From positions 19,840,001-19,904,000 of the forward strand of contig OZ024741.1 in assembly GCA_964016885.1 (NCBI GenBank): a stretch of DNA of 64,000 nt, in the 5' to 3' direction. Below are positions 15,630 to 28,513 of the stretch, in pieces. How positions within the stretch are numbered: the stretch's first letter is position 1; each line of letters opens with the position of its first letter. The stretch is from Eledone cirrhosa. Its lineage: Eukaryota. The position numbers and the translations under genes were made by a program. The notes beneath the pieces are model-generated. The model did not search any database, had not been told where the DNA came from, and saw only the letters and a program-made list of their open reading frames with translations.

Positions 15630-18600
15630 ATAGACACCAAAGACACCACCCTAGAAAATATTTCAAAATTATGGTTAGAGGACTGTAATAAGGAAGAATT
15701 AAAATTCCTTCAACGTTGGGAAATAAACGAAACCTGGTTCTCTAACTATGAAGCACTTTTCCAAAAAGAACACACATCCAAGAACCCCTTCATTAAAACC
15801 ATAATAACAAGAAAACTCAATCAACACCCAAACACCACACAACAATCAACAACAACACAAAAACAATACCTCCCCACATACCCAAGAAAAGAAGGCATCA
15901 CCTCGCCCCTACATCATACACCCTCGACACAACTACCACACGGATTCCCAAGCAACAAATATAGTAATAGAGAAACATCAGCTACAAGATAGACACTACA
16001 ACTTCTCTCCAACCAGGAGAAACCACAGAATCCTCCACACTTACAACCCCCCTAACATCCCCACACAACAAACCCACAACCATCATTACTTCCAACATAG
16101 AACCCAAAATACACCACTACCACACATGGCGCATAGGGCCTCACAACCACACACCAACTATAAGGAAACCCTAATCTACCCTCCCCCACTAACCACATCC
16201 TACTACAAAAACACCAGCAGGGGACAATACAACCACATGAGACACCCTAACCACTACAACCACCATAACTACACACCATATAACAGCAACAGCAGGACTC
16301 AATATAACCACACAAGACAACCCTACTACAACTACCACCAAATCTACACACCCTACAACAACAACAGTGCTCAGCACAACCATACGATACAACCCAACTT
16401 CAACAACCACCACAACTTCACACCCTATAACCACGTCCATCAAATCTACACCCCCTACAACAATATCAGCAGGGCTCAATACAACCACACGATACAACCT
16501 AACTTCAACAACGACTACAGCTACACACCATCAAACAACAACAGCAGGGGCCAATACAACCATAAGAGACATCCAAACTTCGACAGCCACCACAACTTCC
16601 AAAATCATTTTTTAGACACAGCACACAGACACAGGATAACAAGATAACACAAAACACACAGGAGACACAAAATGTAATAAAAATTGTTAATTTAACCTCT
16701 CCAAAGGTCTAAAATTGACACCAACTCCCCAACAACCAAACTACTCCGAAATGAAGGAAGATATTGCAGAATTCTGTAGAAAACTAAGACTCAGCGAGCA
16801 ACTATACGACAAATACAATGAGAATGACTCAATAACCAGAAATAGAAGCAACTACACCCCACCAAAAGGCAAGAACAAATTCCTCGATCAATTCTGCGAA
16901 CACATAACTAATTACTCATACCACCACCTACACAGACATAAACAAAAACCAAACCTAAAACCAAACCTAAGCAAAAAAGCATGGAATGGTCTTAACAGTC
17001 TAAAAAAAGACAAAACCCTAACAATCAAAGAGGCATATAAAGGGAGTGTAGTAGTCCTTATGGGGACAGATTACTACACGACTCTAGTACTCTCAACTCT
17101 AGAAAACCAAACATATTATGAAAAGGCCCAACACTACTCACAACAGAAAATAATGAGTAACCTAAAATCACTAATAACCCTTTACAAAGAAGGCCTTACA
17201 GACAAGGAATACAACTACATCACCAATTTCAAAAGCAGAACCAGCCTCTTTTACGGTATCCCAAAGACACACAAAAGCGAAGTAATAGGTAGGGCCTGCA
17301 AGCAAGCCACAGACATTTACATCAATATAGCCCCCCCCCCCCCCCCTGATGACCTTAAATTAAGACCCATAATAGCAGGTACCACATGTGAAACCCACAG
17401 CCTAAGCAACTTCCTAGATATTCTGCTTAAACCTTTCCTAAAACCCATAAAAAGCTTCATAAGGGACGACCTTGACATGCTCAACCACCTCCCAACAACA
17501 CTAAATAATGAACATACCCTACTAGTAACCTTTGATGTCATCAATTTATATTCCAATATCCCACACAACCTAGGTATAGAGGCAATACAATTCTGGCTTG
17601 AAAATTTCCCTAGTGAACTCCCACAGCGCATCCCTAAAGAATTTGTGTTGAAGGGACTCGAATTCATCTTGGAAAACAATTTCTTCGAATTCAATGCCAA
17701 ATACTAGACAGAAATCTGGGACTGCCATGGGCACGAAAGTAGCCCCCTCATACGCCAACCTTGTCATGGGATATTTGGAAACCACTCTCTACCGCAAAGT
17801 TTTAGACAAATACGGCAACCACTTCTACCAACACATAGAAAAGAACTGGAAGAGATATCTGGACGACTGCTTCATCCTCTGGCATGGAAGTATAGATAGA
17901 CTGATTGAGTTTAAAACCCTTCTAAATGGACTCAATATACAAACTTAAAATTCACAATGGATTACATCCATGAACAACTCCCTTTCCTCGACATCCTCAT
18001 CAAGAAAACAAACAACAAAATAGAAACAGACATATACTACGAACCCACAGACTCCAAACAATACCTTCCATTCAACTCGTGCCACCCTCGACATGCCAAA
18101 ATGGCAATTCCTTATAACCTAGGCAGAAGGATCTGCACAATAGTTTCAGATAAATACACATGCTACACACGACTAGAAGAATTAAAAAACACACTTATCA
18201 GCAGAAACTACCGACCATCCCTAATCAACAATGGATTCCAACGTGCCCTAAAACTCGACATCCAGGAACTCAGACACCTCAAACCCAGGAATGAACCGCA
18301 ACAGAAAACTCTACCATACATCTCCACACATAACCCCCTCAACAATGAGGCATTCGACACCATCCTCCAGAATATTCCTTTACTAAAAGGAGACCCAAGA
18401 ATGAACAAAATCCTCCAAACACACATCATAAAGAGCAAAAGACAACCTAAATCCATAAAAAACATCCTCACACAAGCCAAAATCCAACAAACCCTCACAA
18501 TGAACCCTACAGTAACAAAATTCGGAAGGCCCAACTGTGGCATATGCATAAATCTAATAGAAGGTTCAACATTCCATTTTAAACAAGGACAACATTTCAC

Positions 18601-19603
18601 AGTTAAACACAACTTTACATGTGCATCTGAAAACCTAATCTATGTTTTGACCTGCTCATGTTGTCAAGAGCACTACATAGGACAGACAAAAAACAGCCTC
18701 CGACAACGTATGACCGTCCATATATCACAAATTAAAATACAGGAATACAGAAAGATTGCGTTTAGTGAACATATCGCCAATTGTGCACCCAACCAACATC
18801 CAAACTTTAAAATTTTTCCCCAATTACAAATTCATAGACAACGCTACTTTCATCCATCGTACCAATAAGGAAATGTATTTCATTAACAAATTCCAACCTC
18901 TACTTAATGCACTAAACTTCGGACTAAACTAAAACTGGAACGAACAATGAAACATTTATAAATACCTATGTCTCTTTAAAGAGTTACCTCCCACACACCC
19001 TACCTAATCCTTTTTCTTAAATAAATTAAATACCATCTACCATTTATCTCCCACCCTGAATTACCTCCCCCTGCATATTAACTCTCTAAAAAGGGAAATC
19101 ATATCAAACCCCAGTCCACCATTTGCCTCCATCATGGATCAACTAAGCACTCTTGCCATATTAACATATTTTGATCTGCTTATCTTCAAGAACTATGCCT
19201 GTAAAACATTATTTTTTCTTTCACATTGCCTTATTATACTCCACATTAGGCCCGTTTTTTTCTGTTTTATTTTCACTTCATAAACCTTGTTTGTAAATAA
19301 CATTATTCTTTCTGCACCATTTCTTCAACATGTCCAACACCATCATTCTACACCAATACATATTATTATCATTTGATAATGCATAAAAATGCTGAAACCG
19401 GTAATAGACAATTATTAAATATATAAATAAATAAATAAATGTCATTGTTAATTAATAAATAAATCAACTAATACCTTAACACTTCACACAAAGTAAAATA
19501 TTTCGTTTTAATCATTTTCTAACCCAGAAAAAAAACAGAGAAAAAGATAAAAAGGAAAAAAATGTATTTTTCTTCCTAATAATCATCTTTTTCTCCCTGT
19601 TTT

Positions 19604-19605
<2 letters not shown>
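15630..19605 (+). mobile_element. Penelope-like element, Neptune-type, near full length but frameshifted (RT + Cys linker + GIY-YIG)
   Basis: FYGIPKTHK, LRPII, TFDVINLYSNI, GTAMGT..APSYANL, RYLDDCF, LPFLD, FNSCHP, GRPNCGIC, NLIYVLTC..C..YIGQT. Degenerate HHR TTGATAA-tgcat aaaa atgct-GAAAC-CG-GTA at ~19373-19403. Confidence 0.9.
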
Positions 19606-19676
<71 letters not shown>

Positions 19677-19678
<2 letters not shown>

Positions 19679-20132
19679 CGAGAGTAGGCTGGAAAGTTCA
19701 TAGGCTGACTGTGAAGGAGTCATGCTAGATCTGTGAAATCTTGCATGCATTAAGTTCAACTCTTCTTACTAACAACTGCATTGTTTCTTAACAAAATAGC
19801 GCGCCAGCTCACACATCACTTTCACATTCTGGCGAAGAAAACTCTCTCCTCACCTCCCTAGAGCCCAGCTCTAGCTCCGTGTGATTTCTAGCTCTTCCTT
19901 AATTTGAAATAAAATTTGAAGGACTGTTGAAAACATACAAAAAATTGTAACCAGTGAGATGACACTCACTCATAGAAAATTACTTGTGGTACTGCTACAA
20001 TCAATGGAAAAAACATTGAAACCATTGTGTGGCTTCCCAAGAGTCCTATTCTGAAGGAGATGAATTTCAATTTCATATATGTCTAATATACATTTAAATA
20101 AAAATCAGAACACTTACTTTTGGGACAAATCT
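19677..20132 (+). mobile_element. Internally deleted mariner/Tc1 transposon
   Basis: TACGAG.G start typical of mariner TIRs; 19851-19908 encodes HLP*SPALAPCDF*LF.NLK (YSPDLAP.DF motif). Confidence 0.75.
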
Positions 20133-20149
20133 TATGTGTGTATATATAA

Positions 20150-20404
20150 ATATGTACACGTACATACATATATGTATACAGACGTACAGTAGTATGTATA
20201 TATATATGCATACACGCACACATATATATGTAGGTATGGATTCACCGAACATTTAATATAATGCTCGGTGTGTTTGTAAACAAATATCCCGTATTAAGCC
20301 GTAGTGTCCAGCAACCATCGTTGCTGGTTTGTTCAACACTGACAAAGGAACGCTGTACTAGTTTCAAGTGAATCCATACGTATATATATATATGTGTGCA
20401 TGTA
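20150..20404 (-). repeat. Solo inverted partial copy of the 420-bp HHR repeat unit
   Basis: 20150-20368 is the reverse complement of the unit from CTTGAAACTAGTA onward; 20369-20404 is a re-inverted piece. Confidence 0.9.
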
Positions 20405-20821
20405 TCCTAAACGGACGGTAGTCCGTTTAGTAATATTGTTGTGGTCGTGTTTTCGTTGGTAATCGTCTGTTTACGACAGTACAGCGCGGCTCTACTTTAT
20501 TTAACTGAGATAAAACTTATATGAGCATGAACAGTAGATCATTACGCATCTTTTGGCTTAAAAATCTAGAAATTTGGTCCAGCGGGAAAAAGTTTATAAT
20601 CAAAGTTTGCTGATAAATCTTGTGTTCAAGTGAGTGAGTAGTAAGCGTGACGCTAGGGGAGGTAATCCAGAAATGACGTAGCTTTGTCATTAAGCCAGTT
20701 GCCTCAACTAGATTGCAATTATACTCAAAAGAACTTTAAAATGTCAATCACTTGTCAGTAATTCACTATGATCATTTAATTATTAGATAGTTGTTGCTTG
20801 CATTGCCTTAAAAAATAGTAG

Positions 20822-21950
20822 ACCAGATAGAAAAATGCGTACAGCAAAAAAAAGTAATATTGTTGGAATATAAACCTTTAAAAATACAGGACAAGAAACT
20901 AAAATAAAACTTTAAAAGAATAGGACAAGAAACTAAGATAAAACTTTAAAAGAATAGGACAAGAAACTAAGATAAAACTTTAAAGAATTGGACAAGAAAT
21001 AAAAAAATTTACAATAATATTAGTGGCAAAATTTTTTTATTCGTTTCCTGTGCTATGCCCCAGTATCTTCTTGATTAGTGCATAATAATTGTCATGCTCT
21101 CATTATGCGTTGCCTCTGAGCGGTTGGTTCTGGTTGGGGTTGGTTGGCTGAGCAGTTCTGCTCCGTCAGAATGACCATTGCAAGAAGAATTGGCCGATGC
21201 TGCTGCAAGTCTCCTCCAAGAATGCACTTCTGGTCCTGCAACATCAGACGAAGATGGAGAAGACGACCGGGACAAGATGTCGACTCTGACCACCGACTAC
21301 GGCACCTCCCTCAACCACCGGTCCTCCCTCGCTCTGTCCCGTCATCTCTCCAGTCCTCCTGCTCCCCCTTCCTGTACCAGAAAGCTGTGGCACGCATTCA
21401 TCTGGACTGCCGGACTTGAACTCAAGGACAAGATGCAAGGAGAAGATGGACGGGTTGGTCAAGATCAAGGATGAGCGGGACGACAAGACCGTCCGCTGCT
21501 GCTCAAGATCTGTGCTCATGGGCCCATGGGTCCATTCACATTATGCATGACACATGAGGCGTGTCGCCGAATGATGGAATAGGGGTATGGTTATGGCCCA
21601 ATTGGTGTTCAAACCAGGATCAAATGATCCCCCCGGTCTGACGACGTCCTCTGGATGTGGGACCCAGAGCCTATGAATGTGGAACTCGATTTTTTACCAA
21701 TAAAAATTTTGCCACTAATATTATTGTAAATTTTTTTATTTCTTGTCCATTTCTTTAAAGTTTTATCTTAGTTTCTTGTCCTATTCTGTTAAAGTTTTAT
21801 CTTAGTTTCTTGTCCTATTCTGTTAAAGTTTTATCTTAGTTTCTTGTCCTATTCTTTTAAAGTTTTATTTTAGTTTCTTGTCCTGTATTTTAAAAGGTTT
21901 ATATTCAAACAATATTACTTTTTTTTGCTGTACGCATTTTTCTATCTGGT
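20822..21950. mobile_element. Non-autonomous TIR/fold-back element with 34-bp subrepeats and GC-rich interior
   Basis: 20822-21037 is inverted relative to 21701-21950; the unit AGGACAAGAAACTAAGATAAAACTTTAAAAGAAT is repeated in both arms. Confidence 0.8.
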
Positions 21951-23019
21951 GTATATATATATACATACTACTGTACGTCTGTATACATATACGTATGTAC
22001 GTGTACATACTTATATTTAGGTAACAGCCGTACTAAGAGTGGGAAATGACATTTCGTTTTTTTTTCCGTTTACCGTTTTCGGTGCACCCGGCCGATTAAC
22101 CCACTCGATATGCAAATTGAGCTACTCAGCCGTTAAGCCGTTAATATGCATGAGGTAAGTATATACGTCCAACAATCTGGCAGGATCGTATACGTTGCTG
22201 ACGATAGCTAATAAGCTGGAAACTTTGTCAGTGTTGAACAAACGAGCAACAATGGTTGCTGGACACTACGGCTTAATACGGGTTGTTTGTTTACAAACAC
22301 ACCGAACATTATAATAAATGTTCGGTGAATCCATACGTACATGTAGATATGTGTGCACGTATGTATTTATATATACATACTACTGTACGTTTGTATACAT
22401 ATATGTATGTACGTGTACATACTTATATTTAAGTAACAGACGTACTAAGAGTGGGAAATAAAATTTCGTTTCATTTTTTCCGTTTATCTTTTTCGGTGCA
22501 CCCGGCCGATTAACCCACTCGATATGCAAATTGGGCTACTCAGCCGTTAATATGCATAAGTTAAGTATATACGTTCAACAATCTGACAGGAAGGTATACG
22601 TTGCTGACGATAGCTAATAAGCTTGATACTAGTACAGCGTTCCTTTGTCAGTATTGAACAAACAGGCAACGATGGTTGCTGGACACTACGGCTTAATACG
22701 GGATGTTTGTTTACAAATACACAGAAAATTATAATAAATGTTCGGTGAATCCATACGTACATGTATATATGTGTGCATGTATGTATATATATATATACAT
22801 ACTACTGTACGTCTGTATACATATATGTATGTACGTGTACATACTTATATTTAAGTAATAGCCGTACTAAGAGTGGGAAATGAAATTTCGTTTCATTTTT
22901 TACGTTTATCGTTTTCGGTGCACCCGGCCGATTAACCCACTCGATATGCAAATTGGGCTACTCAGCCGTTAATATGCATAAGGTAAGTATATACGTCCAT
23001 CAATCTGGCAGGATCGTAT

Positions 23020-23062
23020 ACGTTGCTGACGATAGCTAATAAGCTTGAAACTAGTACAGCGT
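23020..23062 (+). ncRNA. Hammerhead ribozyme, array unit 3 (intact core)
   Basis: acgttg-CTGACGA-t agct aata agct t-GAAA-ctag-TA-cagcgt. Confidence 0.9.
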
Positions 23063-23440
23063 TCCTTTGTCAGTGTTCAACAAACGAGCAACGATGGTTG
23101 CTGGACACTACGGCTTAATACGGCATGTTTGTTTACAAACACACCGAGCATTATAATAAATGTTCGGTGAATCCATACGTACATATATATATGTGTGCAT
23201 GTATGTATATATATATACATACTACTCTACGTCTGTATACACATATGTATGTACGTGTGCATACTTATATTTAAGTAACAGCTGTACTAAGAGTGGGAAA
23301 TGAAATTTCGTTTCATTTTTTTCCGTTTATCGTTTTCGGTGCACCCGGCCGATTAGCCCACTCGATATGCAAATTGGGCTACTCAGCCGTTAATATACAT
23401 AAGGTAATTATATACGTCCAAAAATCTGGCAGGATCGTAT

Positions 23441-23483
23441 ACGTTGCTGACGAGAGCTAATAAGCTTGAAACTAGTACAGCGT
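23441..23483 (+). ncRNA. Hammerhead ribozyme, array unit 4 (intact core)
   Basis: acgttg-CTGACGA-g agct aata agct t-GAAA-ctag-TA-cagcgt. Confidence 0.9.
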
Positions 23484-23859
23484 TCCTTTGTCAGTGTTGA
23501 ACAAACGAGCAACGATGGTTGCTGGACACTACGGCTTAATACGGCACGTTTGTTTACAAACACACCGAGCATTATAATAAATGCTCTGTGAATCCATACG
23601 TACATATGTATATGTGTGCATGTATGTATATATATATACATACTACTGTACGTCTGTGTACATATATGTATGTACGTGTACATACTTATATTTAAGTAAC
23701 AGCCGTACTAAGAGTGGGAAATGAATTACATTTCATTTTTTCCGTTTATCGTTTTCGGTGCACCCGGCCGATTAACCCACTCGATATGCAAATTGGGCTA
23801 CTCGACCGTTAATATGCATAAGGTAAGTATATACGTTCAACAATCTGGCAGGAAGGTAT

Positions 23860-23902
23860 ACGTTGCTGACGATAACTAATAAGCTTGAAACTAGTACAGC
23901 GT
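23860..23902 (+). ncRNA. Hammerhead ribozyme, array unit 5 (core intact, one stem II mismatch)
   Basis: acgttg-CTGACGA-t aact aata agct t-GAAA-ctag-TA-cagcgt. Confidence 0.8.
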
Positions 23903-24267
23903 TCCTTTGTCAGTGTTGAACAAAAGATCAACGATGGTTGTGAGACACTACGTCTTAATACGGGATGTTTGTTTACAAACACACCTATCATTATAATAAA
24001 TGTTCGGTGAATCCATACGTACATATATATATATATGTTTGCATACGATATATATATACATACTACTGTACGTCTGTATACATATATGTATGTACGTGTA
24101 CATATTATATTTAAGGAACAGCCGTACTAAGAGTGGGAAATGAAATTTCCTTTCTTTTTTTCCGTTTATCGTTTTCCGATTAACCCACTCGATATGCAAA
24201 TTGGGCTACTCAGCCGTTAATATGCATAAGGTAAGTATATACGTTCAACAATCTGGCAGCAACGTAT

Positions 24268-24310
24268 ACGTTGCTGACGATAGCTAATAAGCTTGAAACT
24301 AGTACAGCGT
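24268..24310 (+). ncRNA. Hammerhead ribozyme, array unit 6 (intact core)
   Basis: Same motif as unit 3. Confidence 0.88.
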
Positions 24311-24991
24311 TCCTTTGTCAGTGTTGAACAAACGAGCAACGATGGTTGCTGGACACTACGGCTTAATACGGGATGTTTGTTTACAAACACACCGAACATT
24401 ATAATAAATGTTCGGTGAATCCATACGTACATGTATATATGTGTGCATGTATGTATATATATATACATACTACTGTACGTCTGTATACATATACGTATGT
24501 ACGTATACATACTTATATTTAAGTAACAGCCGTACTAAGAGTGGGAAATGAAATGTCGTTTCATTTTTTCCGTTTATCTTTTTCGGTGCCCCCGGCCGAT
24601 TAACCCACTCGATATGCAAATTGGGCTACTCAGCGGTTAATATGCATAAGTTAAGTATATACGTTCAACAATCTGACAGGAAGGTATACGTTGCTGACGA
24701 TAGCTAATAAGCTTGATACTAGTACAGCGTTCCTTTGTCAGTGTTGAACAAACGAGCAACGATGGTTGCTGGACACTACGGCTTAATACGGGATGTTTGT
24801 TTACAAACACACCGAGCATTATAATAAATGTTCTGCGAATCCATACGTACATATATATATGTGTGCATGTATGTATATATATATACATACTACTGTACGT
24901 CTGTGTACATATATGTATGTATGTGTACATACTTATATTTAAGTAACAGCCGTACTAAAAGTGGGAAATGAAATTTCGTTTCATTTTTTCC

Positions 24992-25051
<60 letters not shown>

Positions 25052-25081
25052 TATATATATATATATATATTCATTAACTAA

Positions 25082-25148
<67 letters not shown>

Positions 25149-25188
25149 GTATATATATATGTATATATATATATACATATATATATAC

Positions 25189-25293
<105 letters not shown>

Positions 25294-25620
25294 GAGAGAG
25301 AGAGTGAGAGAGAGAGAGATAGAGGGGGTGGGGGGGTGAGAGAAAGACAGAGAGAAGAGATGGATAGAAAAATAGATAGGTATATATGTATATATGTAAA
25401 ATAAGTAAGTCAAACATATAAGTTGGCTTCGTTTATTCATTTTACTTTACTTCGTCGAGTGCTCCAACCTGCATACTAAGGTGTCGGTAAACAACCAACA
25501 CGTACTCAAAATTTATATATATATGTATATATATGTATATATATGTATATATATGTATATATATGTATATATATGTATATATATGTATATATATATATAT
25601 TTATATAGATATGTATGTAA

Positions 25621-25653
<33 letters not shown>

Positions 25654-25689
25654 AAAGTTTACATATATATATATATATATACATACATA

Positions 25690-26935
<1,246 letters not shown>

Positions 26936-27029
26936 ATACAATTATATATATATATTTATATATATATATTGATATATATTATCCTTATTGAGCCCTCTTC
27001 GGATTTTAGTCTTCGTGTATATATATATA

Positions 27030-28436
27030 TACTTCACTTTCACATATATTCTTTGATTTAAAAGACAACAAAATAAACTATTCAATATCTTGGAGAACGA
27101 TTACGAAAGCACCTACCGAAATACGGCTTTATCAAGATTCCCGTAAATTGTGTATCGAATAAAGGTTTTATATAATTAACTGTCAAAACTATATTAATCT
27201 CAGAACAGAATTATTTTCTTCTTGCAAACATCGCCAAAATTCCACGTTCAGAACTATTTTTAATTTATAATATTCCTATACACCTTCAAAATGATCCTAC
27301 CTTTTTTTTTATTTAAATGTTAATTTTTTTTTATATTTTAATATTTTTAATATTTTTTAATATTTTTAAATATTTTTAATATTTCAAAAAAATGTTAATA
27401 TCTCTAATATTTATAATATTTTTAATATATATATTTAATATTTTAATTTCCTACATTTTTTTAATTCCGACATTATTTTTGTAAGTACACCCCTATAAAT
27501 ATATTTCTAGATGTAGATTGATAATCTTTAAATGACATTCTGAAAATTTATCCTCTTTACGATAGTTCTTCGAAAAACACATTACATTTTCTCTCTCTTT
27601 TTGTTATTCAAACATTCACACATCTTTCGACTAAAATAATGTATCTCACATAAAATAATATATAATTTTCTCTAAATTAATGGTTAATAAACAAAATTGG
27701 AGTTATCTTTCCTTTCTCAATCGTGCAAACATAAACACATTATGTTTGGTAATCTGTACAGCTTCCATCAATTAACAATATTCTGAAAACACTTTCAATG
27801 TTGAACAAAATGTTTGAATCCACAAATTGTTCTACTCTCCCGACTTGAACCACCTATTTTTTAAGTAAAATACAAATTCAACTTCCTTCGTAACTCATAT
27901 TTGATATATAAACAACTAATACATACGCAATTTATTAATATATAGAGAGATATTTATATACATATAACCTATCGTAATGTAATTAAGATAAAAATACTTA
28001 CAACCATACTTCTCCATATAATCTGATTGATTATATATACAATATTATAACTCATACTATAGGTAAATAAATCTTTTCTCCCGAATTAACGTAAATGCTA
28101 GCTCTTCTTCCTTTCTCTTCTTTCCTACGCATACAATAACTTATAATTATTTAAATTTTCCATAGCGTCTAAAATAACTTTTGTTCAGCCCTTTTACCTG
28201 AACCTCATTTGCATACTCATCTTAATAATTTGAAATATCTGACTTTTCTTCTATTTTCATTTCACTATCCAAGGATAACTTGAACCGTTAAGGTATATTC
28301 TCCTTGGTTATGTCAAAATTTATAAAACACACTTCGTATTTTATCTGATGATAGCGTACCAAAATTTTGGTACTCTTGAAATATATATAACAGAATAAAT
28401 ATGGTTTTATAAATATAGTTTCCATTTATTTAATAT

Positions 28437-28440
<4 letters not shown>
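27030..28440 (+). mobile_element. Decayed Naiad-type PLE 3' end with HHR at ~28337-28398
   Basis: TSLSHIFFDLKDNKINYSISWRTI..LC..INLRTELFSSCKHR; CTGATGA-tagcgtacc aaaatttt ggtactctt-GAAA-tatata-TA. Confidence 0.7.

Positions 28441-28509
<69 letters not shown>

Positions 28510-28513
<4 letters not shown>

Larger units (their letters stand above)
21951..24995 (+). repeat. Tandem array of ~7.3 units of ~420 bp, each with a type I hammerhead motif (retrozyme-like satellite)
   Basis: Marker (G/A)AGTGGGAAAT recurs at ~22038, 22450, 22871, 23291, 23712, 24131, 24540, 24960. CTGACGA at 22198, 22604, 23026, 23447, 23866, 24274, 24694. Confidence 0.95.

Noticed and set aside
21636-21665. Hammerhead at CTGACGA in the TIR cargo
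   Set aside because: A stem II-like hairpin is present, but GAAA and the cleavage triplet are absent.
22547-24930. Repeated 70-97 aa minus-strand ORFs (MYVWIHRTF...) in the array
   Set aside because: Antisense to the ribozyme, start within TA-rich simple sequence, and length varies between units; no recognisable motif.
21951-24995. CRISPR array or SL-RNA/snRNA gene cluster
   Set aside because: No unique spacers and the context is eukaryotic; no Sm site at a suitable position after the donor-like motif and no recognisable snRNA sequence.
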